NCBI GenBank assembly: GCA_041484665.1
Contig: JBGPIA010000010.1
Span: forward strand, 1-64,000
Reading direction: 5' to 3'
DNA: 64,000 bases
Origin: Candidatus Krumholzibacteriia bacterium
Lineage (GTDB): Bacteria; Krumholzibacteriota; Krumholzibacteriia; JAJRXK01
Both the position numbers and the translations under genes were made by a program. Below are positions 29,116 to 37,433 of the stretch, piece after piece. The notes under the pieces are model-generated. The model saw only the letters and a list, made by a program, of their open reading frames with translations, had not been told where the DNA came from and ran no database searches. The number at the start of each line of letters is the position of its first letter. Position 1 is the first letter of the stretch.

Positions 29116-29634
29116 CTAGCCAGAGCGGGCCCGAGCCGCCCCCTCGTCCAACAGCAGCTTCCGCGTGTACGGGATCAGCCCGCCCGCGTCGATGATGGCC
29201 TGCCGGGCCGCCGGAAGCGGCGCGATCGGGAAGGCCATGCCCGAGGTGTGATCGAGCACGACACCCCGGCGCACTTCGAGCTCGTCGCCTTCGTTCGCGT
29301 CGAAGGTCGGACAGATGATCATGCCGAGGCCGAGATTGATCGCGTTCTGGAGAAAGATGCGGCCGAAGTTCCGCGCGATCACGGTCAACTCGTGCCCCTT
29401 GATGCAGGACGCCGCCTGCTCGCGCGAGGAACCGCAACCGAAGTTGTTGCCGCCCACGATGAAGCTTCCCGGCGGGATCTGCTTGGCCTTGAGCTGCTGG
29501 TTGAACTCCACGTGATCGGCAAACGCGTACTGCGGGGTCTCCGCCGGCAGCACCGTGGCCATGAAGCGGCCGGGATAGATGATATCGGTGGAGACGTCGT
29601 CGCCGAGCTTCAACACGACTTTCCCTGCGGCCAT
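29116..29634 (-). CDS. 3-isopropylmalate dehydratase/homoaconitase-family small subunit (LeuD/HacB/DmdB-like)
   Basis: DDVSTDIIYPG, NFGCGSSREQA, RIFLQNAINLGL. Confidence 0.92.
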   Translation of the reverse strand: MAAGKVVLKLGDDVSTDIIYPGRFMATVLPAETPQYAFADHVEFNQQLKAKQIPPGSFIVGGNNFGCGSSREQAASCIKGHELTVIARNFGRIFLQNAINLGLGMIICPTFDANEGDELEVRRGVVLDHTSGMAFPIAPLPAARQAIIDAGGLIPYTRKLLLDEGAARARSG

Positions 29635-29635
29635 C

Positions 29636-31030
29636 TCAGCGCACTCCTCTCACGTCGCGCACTTCCTTCACATCGCGTACTTCGTTCACGTCGCGAAGTT
29701 CCTTCACGTCGCGCACTTCGTTCACGGTGCGCACTGCCCTCACGTCCGCGTCCCTGGGATCGGTGATCACGCCCGTGACCGCGCTCGCTGCGGCCACCGC
29801 CGGCGAGCACAGATAGACCTCGGAGTTGGGATTACCCATCCGTCCCTTGAAATTGCGGTTGGTGGTGGCGAGCGCCGTCTCGCCGTCGCCCAGCGCCCCC
29901 TGATGCACTCCCAGGCACGGGCCACACCCCGGGTTGCACACCACCGCGCCGGCGTCGACGATGTCCCGGAGGTACCCCAGGCGCAGGGCGTCGGAGTAGA
30001 TCCGCCACGAGGCGGGGAACACGAGCAGCCGCGTTCCGTCGGCCACGCGCTTGCCCTTCAGCGTCTTCGCCACGATCTCGAGGTCGTCGAGGCGGCCGTT
30101 GGTGCACGAGCCGACCACGACCTGGTGCACGCGCTTGCCCAGGACCTCGCGAATCGGCTTCACGTTGTCGACGGTGTGCGGGCAGGAGATCTGCGGGTCG
30201 AGTTTGCTGGCGTCGATCTCGATCACCCGGTCGTACTTCGCGTCGGCGTCGGGACCGAAGATCACAGGCTCCTCGGCCACATGCGCCTCCTCGCGCAGAT
30301 AACGCAGCGTCTCCGCGTCGGGCGGCACCACGCCGGCGGTCGCCCCGGCCTCCACCGTCATGTTGCACAGGACGAGCCGCCCCGACGTGGGCATCGTGCG
30401 GATCGTCTCGCCGTGGAATTCAATCGCCTTGAAGTTGGCGCCTTCCGCCGTGAGTTTGCCGATGAGGTGGAGGATCAGGTCCTTCGGGTACACGCCCGGC
30501 GCGAAGCGCCCGCGGACCTCCACCTTGATCGTGCCCGGCACCTCCACGTTCAGGATCCGGCCCAGCGTCCATACCGAGGCCATCTCGGTGGCGCCGATGC
30601 CAAAGGCGAACGCGCCGAGCGCGCCGTGGCTGGTGGTGTGGCTATCGGTGCCGACGATCACCTGGCCGGGCCGCACGTATCCGTTCTCCGGCAGGATCTG
30701 GTGACAGATCCCGCCGACGTCGCCGCGCACGTCGTGGAATTTCCGGATGCCGTGCTGGCCGACGAAGTCACGCACCTTCTTCTGGTTACTGGCCGTCTTG
30801 GGCGACTCGGCAGGTACGCGGTGGTCGAAGATGATGGCGATGCGGCCTGGATCCCAGATCCGCGGCTCGCGGCCCGTGCCCTGGAAGATCTCGTGGAATT
30901 GATTGAGCACGAGCGCGGCGTTCTCGTGCGACATCGCCAGGTCCACGGCCGGCTCGAGCACCTCGCCCACGGCCACCTGCGGCTTGCCGCACGCACGCGC
31001 GAGCAGCTTCTGGGAGTACGTCATGCCCAT
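29636..31030 (-). CDS. 3-isopropylmalate dehydratase/homoaconitase-family large subunit (LeuC/HacA/DmdA-like)
   Basis: DH, GICHQ, GTDSHT, GSCTNGR, CGPCLG, TNRNFKGRMG. Confidence 0.94.
   Translation of the reverse strand: MGMTYSQKLLARACGKPQVAVGEVLEPAVDLAMSHENAALVLNQFHEIFQGTGREPRIWDPGRIAIIFDHRVPAESPKTASNQKKVRDFVGQHGIRKFHDVRGDVGGICHQILPENGYVRPGQVIVGTDSHTTSHGALGAFAFGIGATEMASVWTLGRILNVEVPGTIKVEVRGRFAPGVYPKDLILHLIGKLTAEGANFKAIEFHGETIRTMPTSGRLVLCNMTVEAGATAGVVPPDAETLRYLREEAHVAEEPVIFGPDADAKYDRVIEIDASKLDPQISCPHTVDNVKPIREVLGKRVHQVVVGSCTNGRLDDLEIVAKTLKGKRVADGTRLLVFPASWRIYSDALRLGYLRDIVDAGAVVCNPGCGPCLGVHQGALGDGETALATTNRNFKGRMGNPNSEVYLCSPAVAAASAVTGVITDPRDADVRAVRTVNEVRDVKELRDVNEVRDVKEVRDVRGVR
29641..29745. 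repeat. ~6 x 18-bp repeat encoding a (V-R-D-V-K/N-E)n tail on the large subunit
   Basis: CACTTCCTTCACGTCGCG-like units. Confidence 0.85.
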
Positions 31031-31061
31031 GGTCTTCTTCTCCAGGTTGCGGACTGCTCTC

Positions 31062-32261
31062 CTACACGACGCCCTTCGCCTTCAAGGCAGCCAGCTCGTC
31101 GCGCATGATGCCGATCCCCTCGAGCACCTCCGCGGTATGCGCCGACAGGCGTGGCGGCGGCCCGGTGATCTCGCCCGCGTCCCTCTCGAATCGGGCGGTC
31201 AGCCCGAACAGCTCCAGGGTTCCGATGCCCTCCACGGCCACGTCCTTGAGCACGTGGCGGTGGCGCACCTGCGGCTGTCCGAGCGCGTCCTCCAGACTCA
31301 GGATGGCCCCGCTGGGGATGTCTCGGGCATTGAGCAGCTCCACCCACTGACCGGTTGGGCGCGCTACGAGCCTGGCTTCGATGAGGGGCGTGAGCACCGC
31401 GCGGTTCTGCTTGCGGATGTCCCGCTTCTGGAACCGCGGGTCGGTCTTGAGCGCAGCAAGCTCGAGCACATCGCACAGCGCTTCCCACTGCTCCTGCTTG
31501 TTCGCCGCGATGTTGATGCAGCCGTCCTGGGTCCTGAAGCTGCCGGACGGCGCCGCGGTGAAATTGTCGTTGCCCATCAACACCGGTTGCTGCTTGCCGA
31601 TCAGCAGGTTCGCCGCCACCCAGCCCATCAACGGCATGATGGAGTCCAGCAGCGCGACGTCGATGAACTGACCCCGGCCGGTGCGCTCGCGGTCGTAGAG
31701 GGCGGCCATGAGGGCAAACGCTGCATTCAGCCCGCCCACCGTGTCGCACACGGGAAAGCCCGCCCGCAGCGGATTGAGCCGCTCGTCGCCGTTGACCGCC
31801 ATCACGCCGCTGAGGCCCTGGATGATCTGGTCGTAGGCCGGCTTGAGCGCGTCCGGCCCGGTCTGCCCGAAGCCGGAGATGGCGCAGTAGATCAGCCGCG
31901 GGTTGAGGTCTGCCAGGACGTCGTACCCCAGCCCCAGCCGGCCCATTACGTCGGGACGGAAGTTCTCCACCAGCACGTCGGCGGTCTTCACCAGTCGCTT
32001 GAAGATCTCCTTGCCCTCGGGCGACTTGGTGTTGAGCGTCACCGACTTCTTGTTGGCGTTCTGGGCCAGGAAGCTCGTCCCCATCAGTTGGTCATTGAGC
32101 TCGGGCACGCAGCCGAGCTTGCGGGCCAGGTCACCGTCCTTGGGATTCTCGATCTTGATCACCTCGGCGCCCAACAACGCCAGATGCAGGGTCGCGAACG
32201 GCCCCGCCAGGACGTTGGTGAGATCGAGGACCCGGACGCCGGAGAGGATGGGCTTGCTCAC
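31062..32261 (-). CDS. Class III CoA-transferase (CaiB/BaiF family)
   Basis: VLDLTNVLAGP, GAEVIKIE, NKKS, ENFRP, ISGFGQTGP..PAYD; GTGA overlap with the lyase stop. Confidence 0.94.
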   Translation of the reverse strand: MSKPILSGVRVLDLTNVLAGPFATLHLALLGAEVIKIENPKDGDLARKLGCVPELNDQLMGTSFLAQNANKKSVTLNTKSPEGKEIFKRLVKTADVLVENFRPDVMGRLGLGYDVLADLNPRLIYCAISGFGQTGPDALKPAYDQIIQGLSGVMAVNGDERLNPLRAGFPVCDTVGGLNAAFALMAALYDRERTGRGQFIDVALLDSIMPLMGWVAANLLIGKQQPVLMGNDNFTAAPSGSFRTQDGCINIAANKQEQWEALCDVLELAALKTDPRFQKRDIRKQNRAVLTPLIEARLVARPTGQWVELLNARDIPSGAILSLEDALGQPQVRHRHVLKDVAVEGIGTLELFGLTARFERDAGEITGPPPRLSAHTAEVLEGIGIMRDELAALKAKGVV

Positions 32262-33169
32262 GCGAGCTCCTTCGTCGGGATGGGGCCGGACTTGTACACG
32301 AAGCCCGGCAGCTCGCGTCCGAAGTACGTGGCCACGTCGCGGGCCACCCCAAGGATCGCATCGAGGTCTACATCCGCGCGCAGGTCCTGCAGGTACAGGG
32401 CGTGGACGAAGTCCTCGGTTGCCACGTTTCCGGCGGCGACCTTGGTGAAGGGGCAGCCGCCCAGGCCGGCGAACGACGTCTCGTAGGAGGTCACGCCCAC
32501 GCGCAGGGCGGCGAAGATATTGGCCATGCCCAGGCCGTAGGTATTGTGGAAGTGGCAGGCGCAATCGACCGCAGGATCCAGGCGGAGGATCGCGCCGAAC
32601 AGCCGCTCGACCTGGCCCGGGTGGGCGTGCCCTGCGGTATCGGCCAGGCTGATGTTGCGCAGGCCCGCCTCGAGATAGGCGCGCACCATGTCCAGCACGC
32701 GCTCCTGCGGGATCGGGCCTTCAAACCCGCAGCCGAAGGCCGACTGCACCGAGACCTGTACCTTCTTCCCCGCCGCCACGGCCTGTCCCGCGGCGCCGAT
32801 GATGCGACCGGTGGCCTCCTCGGTGCCCATGCCGGTATTCTTGCGGCTGTGGGTCTCGCTGGCCGAGGCCCCCATGCAGAACAGCTCGACGCCGCACTGC
32901 AGGCCGCGCTCGAGGCCCTTCTCGTTGAGCACGAGCCCCGACAGCATCGCGGACGGTTTCCGCTCCGCCATCAGCCGCCGAAACAGCGCGTCGGTGTCGG
33001 CCATCTGCGGGACCTTGTCCGGGTGGACGAAGGAGCCCACCTGGACGATGTCCACCCCGGACTCCGCGATACCGCGGATCCAGGCCTCCTTTCGCTCGAT
33101 GGAAACGACCTGCTTCTCCATCTGGAGGCCGTCCCGCGGACCGACCTCGTGGATGATGATGCGCGTCAT
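32258..33169 (-). CDS. HMG-CoA lyase-family (DRE-TIM) C-C lyase
   Basis: EVGPRDGLQ, VPQMAD, LADTAG, HFHNTYG, GLGGCPF..GNVATED. Confidence 0.92.
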   Translation of the reverse strand: MTRIIIHEVGPRDGLQMEKQVVSIERKEAWIRGIAESGVDIVQVGSFVHPDKVPQMADTDALFRRLMAERKPSAMLSGLVLNEKGLERGLQCGVELFCMGASASETHSRKNTGMGTEEATGRIIGAAGQAVAAGKKVQVSVQSAFGCGFEGPIPQERVLDMVRAYLEAGLRNISLADTAGHAHPGQVERLFGAILRLDPAVDCACHFHNTYGLGMANIFAALRVGVTSYETSFAGLGGCPFTKVAAGNVATEDFVHALYLQDLRADVDLDAILGVARDVATYFGRELPGFVYKSGPIPTKELA

Positions 33170-33231
33170 GGATCGCTTCCCTTGCCTTCTGCTGGCGCAT
33201 GGGTGACGTCCCAGCGCCGGACGGCTCCCGA

Positions 33232-33339
33232 GCGCCCAACGACTGCTTGGCGCCAAGCGACCCGCCGGCGGCCGACGACTTCCTGGCGCCAAGCGACCCG
33301 CCAGCGCCCAACGACTGCTTGGCGCGCAAGGACTCGCCG
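33232..33339. repeat. 3 x 36-bp tandem repeat inside the operon, between dehydrogenase and lyase
   Basis: GCGCCCAACGACTGCTTGGCGCCAAGCGACCCGCCG-like units start at 33232, 33268 and 33304. Confidence 0.85.
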
Positions 33340-33354
33340 GCGGCCTCCCACTCC

Positions 33355-34497
33355 CTAGCGCCGTGCCGCCACGCCCGCGCCGAGCTTCGCCGCAATCGCC
33401 TCGGCCATCTCGAGCGTTTTCGCGCTGCCGCCCATGTCGTAGGTGCGCACCTTTCCCTCGCGCACGACCTCCGCAACGGCGGCCTGCAGGCGCGCCGCCT
33501 TGTCGGCCTCGCCGAGCCAGTCGAGCATCATTTTGGCGGCGAGGATGGTGGCGATCGGGTTCACCTTGTACTGGCCGGCATACTTGGGCGCCGAGCCGTG
33601 GGTGGGCTCGAACACCGCCAGCGCATCGCCGATGTTGCCGGAGCAACCGAAGCCCAGCCCGCCCACCATCTGCGCGCAGAGGTCGGAGATGATGTCGCCG
33701 TAGAGATTCGGCGCCACCAGCACGTCGTAGTTGAAGGGGTTCTTGAGCAGCCACATCGTGATGGCGTCGATGTTGGCGTCGTCCATGGCGATGCCGGGAA
33801 ACTCCCGCGCCACCCGGCGCGCGGCCTCGAGGAACAGCCCGTCGGTGGCGCGCACCACGTTGGCCTTGTGCACCACGGTGACTTTCCTGCGGCCATGCGT
33901 GCGCGCAAACTCGAACGCCGCGCGGACGATCCGCTCCGAGCCCATCTTGGTATTGACCTTGCACGAGATGGCGTACTCGTCGCTCTTCAGCCCGGCGAAC
34001 GGCTTGAACGCCGGCGCCAGCTCCGTCAGCGTGTCACGCAGCCGGTCGGGCACCGTGTTGAACTCAACGCCCGCGTAGAGATCCTCGGTGTTCTCGCGGA
34101 ACACGACGAGGTCGATGCCTTCCTTGTAGTTCAAGGGGTTCTCCGCGTAGGCCTTGCACGGGCGCAGGCAGACGTAGAGGTCGAACAGCTGCCGCATGCG
34201 GACGATCGGCGAGCGATAGACGAGCGCTTTGCCCTGCAGGCCCGCCGCCAGCTCCAGCTGCGCCTCCTTGACCGGCTTGGAGGTGATCGCCCCGAACATG
34301 GCGGCGTCCACGTTGCGCAACAGCTCGATCGTGCGCTTGGGGAAGGCGTCCCCTTCCTGGCGCCAGTACTCCCAACCGATGTCGCCGTGCAGGTAGTCGG
34401 CCTCGAGGCCCAACCGGTCGAGCACGATCCTGGCTGCCTCCATCACCTCGCCGCCGATCCCGTCCCCCGGCAGCCACGCGATCCTGTACTTCGTCAT
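33355..34497 (-). CDS. Isocitrate/isopropylmalate/homoisocitrate dehydrogenase-family protein
   Basis: PGDGIG, RENTEDLY, HKANV, NLYGDIISD, FEPTHGSAP; GGAGG RBS. Confidence 0.94.
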   Translation of the reverse strand: MTKYRIAWLPGDGIGGEVMEAARIVLDRLGLEADYLHGDIGWEYWRQEGDAFPKRTIELLRNVDAAMFGAITSKPVKEAQLELAAGLQGKALVYRSPIVRMRQLFDLYVCLRPCKAYAENPLNYKEGIDLVVFRENTEDLYAGVEFNTVPDRLRDTLTELAPAFKPFAGLKSDEYAISCKVNTKMGSERIVRAAFEFARTHGRRKVTVVHKANVVRATDGLFLEAARRVAREFPGIAMDDANIDAITMWLLKNPFNYDVLVAPNLYGDIISDLCAQMVGGLGFGCSGNIGDALAVFEPTHGSAPKYAGQYKVNPIATILAAKMMLDWLGEADKAARLQAAVAEVVREGKVRTYDMGGSAKTLEMAEAIAAKLGAGVAARR

Positions 34498-34748
34498 TGC
34501 GGACGTCCTCCTGATCGGAGCGTTGACGTTCGAGAGGGTCGGCGTGTTGGAGCCCAGCCCTGCCCCAAAGCCGGTGGGGCACGTGGCGGGCCCACGCGCG
34601 TGGAGCCACGCGGCCCGCGCGCGGCCCGCGCCGCCTGCGGCAACGCTAGGTAAGCAGGAAGGGCCGCACAAGCGGATCGGGGGCGTTGGGCGGGGCCCGG
34701 GATCACACAATCAGAGCGTGAACGCGGGAGGTGCCCGCGCGGCGCGGC

Positions 34749-36464
34749 TCAGCGCAGGCCGTGGAGCGAGTCCGGCCGCGCGTCGGGGCGCAGCTGCGGT
34801 TGAGTGTGCGGCCGCAACTCGGGGCGCAGCTCGGGCTGTGTCTCGCGCTGCAGCTCGGGCTGCGCCTCGACCCGGACAAGCACCGTGCCGCCGACCTGGT
34901 GGGGGCTCAGCCGCAGCGTCGCCGGCGCCTGGGACCGCAGGCCGTTCCAGTCGCGCTCGCGCATCACGCAGATCGCTGAGCCACTTTCGTGAACGAGATC
35001 CACGAGCCCCGCGACGCCCAGGACTACGGGCAGCGGATGTGGTGTGAAGAAAGGTCGGGGATTGCCCGACAGGACGCTGACGGGTACCCGCGTATAATAG
35101 TGGACTCCGCGCGCCAGGGGCGGACTCGTCACAACGGGCTCTCGGCCGCTGCGTTCGCTCAGGACCCTGGCAGCCGCCTCCCGGACCGATGTCATCGCCT
35201 CCACGGTCGTCGCGGCGGTCGTCGTCGCCAGGAAATTCAGGAGCACCGTGCTGGAGGCCGTCATCAGCACCCAGCCGCGCGAAGGCCGCACCCGCCCGAG
35301 CACGAATGCCATCCCCCAGACGGCGGCCATGGCGATCGCCGGAATGGAGAACGGTCGCAGGCTCGTGACGGCGAGCACGCAGAGCGCGGCAGCCGCCTGC
35401 GCAAGCCCCAGCCCCAGGATCAGCCAGCGCTCAACGCGGCTGCGCCAGCCCTCGGCCAAGAGCGAGTCGAGCGTGCTGCCCATCAACAGGGCGAGCGGAA
35501 CGAAAAGGAACAGCGCGTAGGTCGGCAGCTTGGACTGCGCGGCGGTCAGGAACAGGAGGCTCGAGAGGATCCAGCACCACAGATAAAGGCCGGCGCCATC
35601 CCGCGCGGCCCGGCGCACGCGCCACAGCGAGGCCACGAGCAGGGGTGTCCAGGGCAAGGAGCCGATCGCCAGCACCTCGAGGTAGTACTCGATCCGGTTG
35701 TTGGAGGCGTGCTCGGCCCGCAGGAACCGCGTGATGTTCTCGTGCACGAAGAAGGCGTCGACGTAGCCCCACCCGAACTTGGCCAGCATGCTCGCGTACC
35801 AGGGCGCCGCGATCAGCGCGTAGATCGCCAGTCCCGCCCAGAGCCCCGGCCCGCGCAACGGCGACCGCCGTCTCGCGACGATGAGGTAGGTTGCCGCCGC
35901 GAGCGCCGGGATGAGTGAGCCAAGCGGCCCCTTGGTCAGCACCGCCAGAGCGGAGCACGCGAAGGAGAGCGCCACCCAGCGGTCGCGCCGGCGATCTTTC
36001 GCCACCGCCATCCAGAAGCTGAACGCAGCGCCACACACGAAGAGAGAAAAGACCATGTCGGTCAGCATGAACCGGGCGGTGACGATGAACTCGATCCCGG
36101 TGGCGAGCACCAGTGCCGACAGGAACCCGGCCCTGCGTCCCCACCGCCGCGCGCCGAAGCCGTAGACGAGCGCCACGAGCAGCGTCGCCGCGACGGCCGC
36201 CGGCACGCGCCCGGCGAGCTCGCTCTCGCCCAGCAGGCGGTACGAGCCCATGACGAGCCAGTAGTAGAGGATCGGCTTCTCGAACTGGGGCGCGCCGAAA
36301 ATCCGGGGAGTGACCCAGTCGTGCTGCGCCAGCATCTCGCGGGCGGTTTGCGCGTAGAACGGCTCGTCGGGATCGAAGAGTCCCAGGCGGCCGAGGCGCC
36401 ACCAGAAGGCGGCGGCGCAGACGAGCAGCAGAATGAAGACGTCGCGCTTTGCGCTTGCGAACAT
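34749..36464 (-). CDS. GT39/GT83 (ArnT/PMT-like) membrane glycosyltransferase
   Basis: DPDEPFYAQTAREML, FEKPILYYW, LTKGP, SKLPTY; many TM helices. Confidence 0.9.
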   Translation of the reverse strand: MFASAKRDVFILLLVCAAAFWWRLGRLGLFDPDEPFYAQTAREMLAQHDWVTPRIFGAPQFEKPILYYWLVMGSYRLLGESELAGRVPAAVAATLLVALVYGFGARRWGRRAGFLSALVLATGIEFIVTARFMLTDMVFSLFVCGAAFSFWMAVAKDRRRDRWVALSFACSALAVLTKGPLGSLIPALAAATYLIVARRRSPLRGPGLWAGLAIYALIAAPWYASMLAKFGWGYVDAFFVHENITRFLRAEHASNNRIEYYLEVLAIGSLPWTPLLVASLWRVRRAARDGAGLYLWCWILSSLLFLTAAQSKLPTYALFLFVPLALLMGSTLDSLLAEGWRSRVERWLILGLGLAQAAAALCVLAVTSLRPFSIPAIAMAAVWGMAFVLGRVRPSRGWVLMTASSTVLLNFLATTTAATTVEAMTSVREAAARVLSERSGREPVVTSPPLARGVHYYTRVPVSVLSGNPRPFFTPHPLPVVLGVAGLVDLVHESGSAICVMRERDWNGLRSQAPATLRLSPHQVGGTVLVRVEAQPELQRETQPELRPELRPHTQPQLRPDARPDSLHGLR

Positions 36465-36931
36465 GGTCCGTCGCCGGCAAGGAGCGCCACTACGGGGAGC
36501 CGGTCGCATGGACTCGCGCACAGCGGCGCGGGCGACCCCGGCTCCCATCGGATCGCGGAGCAGGGACACTAGCACGATCCGACCGCAAGGGCATCCGTCC
36601 ACGGGCATGCGTCCACGGAGAAGAGTGGCTCCGGGAGCCTCGTCACCCGAGCTTGCGGCGTTGTTGCAGCGCCGGCGGACGCCCGACCCGCGTGCGCTGG
36701 AGGCTCCTGGGGGGATACCCTTGGCTCCTTCAGGCTGACAGGCGCCGGTCACTCGCGTTTTCCCTGGATCTTCGCCTCGGACCCCCGCTGTCAGTCCGTC
36801 CTGGCGGCGAGCCGAGGGGAGGCCTCGCCCGGAATCCGGGCGCGGAACCCGTGAAACAGTTGCCGTCGCGCCCGCGGCGATGCTACGATCCGCGTGCTTG
36901 CTCGCCTTACCCAGTCCCATTGGAGGCAACC

Positions 36932-37429
36932 ATGAGAAGGACGTCCCGCCCCGCAAGGGGTAGGAAGGGCACTTTCGTACTCATCACGGCCACCGCACTC
37001 CTCGCCCTCGGCGTGGGTGCAGTGGTCCTCGCGGACAACTCCGCCAAGCCCGCGCCCGCCAGCAAAGAGGTCACGGTGCCGGTCGCTGGAGTGATGGTCA
37101 GCGTCGATCCGCAGACCGGCCAGATCCGGCAGCCCTCCCCCGAGGAAATCAAAGCCCTGACGGAGGGCCTGCAGAAGCAGTTCGGGAGCCCGACTCCCGT
37201 CAAGGTGGTCGAGTATCCCAACGGCATGGTGTCCGTTGAGCTCCCGGACGACTACATGCAGTACACGGTGCTCCAGGTGAATCCCGACGGAACCAGGACG
37301 GTTGAGTGTGTCACCGGCGCGACCGCGGCCGATGCGCTCCTCAACGCGGATGGATCCGCGCCCGCCGGGGATCACTCTGGGTGCCAGGATGCGACGCAGC
37401 CCGCCGACCCCAACGCTGGTAAGGAGTAG
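36932..37429 (+). CDS. Small exported protein (VDPQTG..R.P..EE motif) upstream of the PA peptidase
   Basis: GGAGG RBS; signal peptide; stop 4 nt before the peptidase start. Confidence 0.75.
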   Translation: MRRTSRPARGRKGTFVLITATALLALGVGAVVLADNSAKPAPASKEVTVPVAGVMVSVDPQTGQIRQPSPEEIKALTEGLQKQFGSPTPVKVVEYPNGMVSVELPDDYMQYTVLQVNPDGTRTVECVTGATAADALLNADGSAPAGDHSGCQDATQPADPNAGKE

Positions 37430-37433
37430 TGCC

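Noticed and set aside
32258..33169. Annotating the DRE-TIM gene as leuA and the operon as leuABCD
   Set aside because: The motifs (VPQMAD, GLGGCPF) and 303-aa length match HMG-CoA lyases, and the synthase-type GERxGN motif and C-terminal subdomains are absent.
33232..33339. 36-bp repeats (also 13261-13354 and 27362-27433) as possible CRISPR arrays
   Set aside because: Units are head-to-tail without unique spacers, and there are no cas genes in the window.
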